Assembly (NCBI GenBank): GCA_002269645.1 | Contig: NIVC01000173.1 | Location: 248,001-312,000 of the forward strand | Length of the DNA stretch: 64,000 nucleotides | From: Macrostomum lignano | Lineage: Eukaryota | Direction: 5' to 3' | Part shown: one piece after another, positions 61,591 to 64,000 of the stretch | Position numbering within the stretch: position 1 is the stretch's first letter | Layout: each line of letters starts with the position of its first letter | Notes under the pieces: generated by a model | Database searches by the model: none | What the model saw: the letters and a program-made list of their open reading frames with translations, nothing else | What the model was told of the DNA's origin: nothing | Program-made: the position numbers and the translations under genes

Positions 61591-62677
61591 ATGGGTCAGA
61601 AGCAGCCACGTTCGGCGGCCGCGGCAGCGGCGGCGGCTGCCAACAGCGGCGGCTTTGAAGGCAACTCGGCCAGGGAGAAACGAGGCGCGTTCCGTTCGGG
61701 GAAGCTGCACTTCTCCATGGGCGACGAGCCGGCCACGTCCCATGTCTACTCTGGCATCGAGGTTGGCGACGGAGGCGGCGGCGGCGGCGGCGGCAGTCGG
61801 CCAATCGGCACGGCAGCTCCCATGCGAGTCCAGAGACCGGGCCTCGAGCGGACCTACTCGCTGGATCATCCCAGCTGCGAGCCGGGCAGAGGCGGCGGCA
61901 ACATCGGGGGCAGCGCTGGCGAAGACGACTACTACTATTACCAGCACTATCGGCATCATCAGCAGCAGCTGCAGCCGCCGCCACCGTCGCCGCTTAGTCA
62001 GTCGCCGACGCACGGGCCGCCGCCGACACAGCCGGCGCAGTGCTCGCAACCTCTGCCAGCCTATCCAATTCCAGATCAGCAGCAGCCAGTTCAACCAGTT
62101 CATCCAACTAACCAGCATCCTTATCAGCCCCGGCACCAGTCTCCGCGGCGTCGGCTGCCCTACAAAATGTCTCCGACGCCTAGCGAGCAGGAGTTCGCCG
62201 ACATGCACGAGCCGCCATCGCTTGGCATCCAGCAGCAGCAGCAGCCACCCGGCCTCCACCTGCTGTCTCCGCGGACTGGCGCCGCCTCCTCGCGCGAGTC
62301 CTCGCATCTCACCCTGACGCCGCAGTCAACTCCGCCTGGTCCGCCGCTGCGCCGCGCCGTGCTGGTGAAGGCCAACACCATCGACCAGCCGGCGAACCGG
62401 CAGGCGCAGGCGGACTTTCCACACGACAGCCGACGGAAATTTTCCGACACTCACGTGCTGCGCAGGACGCCGCAGCTGCTGCCGCCGCCGCCGCCTCAGC
62501 ACGCGTCGCCTCAGCCGTACCAACACTACCAGCAGCAACTCCAGCATCAGAAGCAGTCGCAGTATCAGCTGTCCCAGCAGCAGGATCCGTTGAATCCGGC
62601 TGTTTTGGCCCGTCAGAGCCTCGTTGCGGCACTGCTGACAGCCAGCGAACAAACGCCGCCAAAGCCGCGTCGGTCTA

Positions 62678-62713
<36 letters not shown>

Positions 62714-63555
62714 GATCGCCCTCGCCCAAACTGTCGCCGTACAACCTCAGCCCTCGCAGTCTCTCTCCGGCCCACCACCGCGGTCACAGCGGCGGCGGCG
62801 GCGGCGGCGGCGCTCCTTTGTCGCCCTTCGGCGGAAATTCCTCTGTCGGTGGTGGAGGCGCCGGCGGGTTCTGTCTGCCTCGGACCAGCTTGGAGACGCT
62901 GGGCTCGCTGCCGCGGATCACCATCAGTCCACACGTGCCAGAAGCTGAGGAAGAAAACAAAGGTGATGAAGCTACCACTGAGCAGCAGCTTCAGCCCTAC
63001 AGATTGGACGGCGTCCGCAGCGAGCTGGCGAGTCCCGTCGGGCTGCTGTCGGATCCGAGTCACTCCAAGTCCGACACGTCGCTCGTGTCGATGCGTTTCT
63101 CCGTCGGAGAAACGGCGGCCGGCGGGAATGCCGACGGCAACGCGGCGAAATTAACCGGCGCTCCATACGCAACAAGTAGCTCCTCCATGACCCGCTCCTG
63201 GTCCTCCATGGAGGATCTGAGCGGCCATGCATCATCGGCTGTCCGCAGTCAGCCGCACCGACGACCCGTCGATGCCGGGCCGATGGCTGGAGAAGCTTCC
63301 AGCTCGGCAGCAACGCTGCTGACAATTCCTCAGGACGTTGCCTCGGCCGCCGCCGCCGCCGCCGCCAGCGCTGCAGCCGAGGGTTCACCCGACAACGCCG
63401 ACAACCTGTACCCGACCTCGCGATCGCGCAGCATCCTCCGAGCTCAGACTGTTGACGACGCCGATTCCGAGTTCGTCAGTCGACGACCGCAGCGCGCTTC
63501 CCTAGTCGATTTTGTCACCTGGCCGCATTTCATCCCGGATACGGTCAACCCGCAG
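61591..63555 (+). CDS. Large first coding exon (~655 codons) of an unidentified gene; Q/P/G/S/A-rich, probably disordered N-terminus
   Basis: Within ORF 61543-63621. ATG in the context GCCGCCGCCGATGG; GC-rich codon usage like the other exons; candidate donors CAG|GTCGGG (63555/6) or AAG|GTAGGG (63574/5); sequence turns AT-rich immediately after. No recognisable domain. Confidence 0.75.
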
Positions 63556-64000
63556 GTCGGGGGCACTTTTCAAGGTAGGGGACTCTTGGCGAGATTTTTG
63601 AAGAACAACAACTCTAAATGATCTTAGAACCGACCTTGATTCGAAATTTCATTTCAATCGACTCAATTTTACTCGCAGTGTGTGTGCTATTACACATTTT
63701 TTCTTTCCTAATTTCGTCTACCCCCCACCCCCTCCCCCCTATAATGCTTCTCGAGCAGCTCAGCCTGCTTCAACTCTTGAGTGCCAGAGTACCATAGTGG
63801 GGATGATTGCAAGCCTTGGATGAGAGTGTGTGGGGGAGAAGAGGATGAAGGCGTGGGATTGGGAGTTGCAATTCGGGCATTTCTATGGGTTGTGGAATGG
63901 GCAGAGCAACTGCTCAGTGCGAGCACAGTAAGTATTTTGCGCTGGCAATCTCTCGCTTCTCTCTCTGCCTCTCTCTGGGATCGGCAATCTCTGTGCAACT

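Noticed and set aside
61432-63388. Several overlapping - strand and alternative-frame ORFs opposite the 61591 exon
   Set aside because: Expected shadow ORFs of GC-rich, GGC/CAG-repeat coding sequence.

Overview
Eukaryotic (animal) genomic DNA, not prokaryotic. It has spliced genes with GT-AG introns, GC-rich exons, AT-rich spacers and a very high density of unrelated 10-50 bp minisatellites. This style resembles the flatworm Macrostomum lignano (inference only). Host genes, all on +: a 7-exon nicotinate phosphoribosyltransferase (NAPRT, 18216-27427); a 4-exon gene for an uncharacterised 366-aa protein with a possible TRADD-N-like domain (32168-36721); a secreted triple C-type-lectin-domain gene (37419-39404); a ZNRF1/2-type RING E3 ligase (52358-55472); and the large low-complexity first coding exon of an unidentified gene (from 61591). 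Mobile DNA: four RTE-clade non-LTR copies, an RNase H-bearing LINE, Gypsy fragments, two hAT-type MITEs and a foldback element. A two-exon PDS5 fragment is embedded in a mosaic of TE pieces. Most long ORFs in the supplied track are translations of tandem repeats. The most notable observations are: (i) an HDV-like ribozyme fold with an atypical ~33-nt L3 insertion at the 5' end of the near-full-length RTE; (ii) a sequence-divergent but structurally conserved 3' stem-loop in three RTE copies; (iii) systematic inflation of introns by intron-specific minisatellites; (iv) an intron-containing PDS5 fragment fused to Gypsy RT; (v) strong local enrichment of the palindrome TAGGCCTA upstream of two genes.
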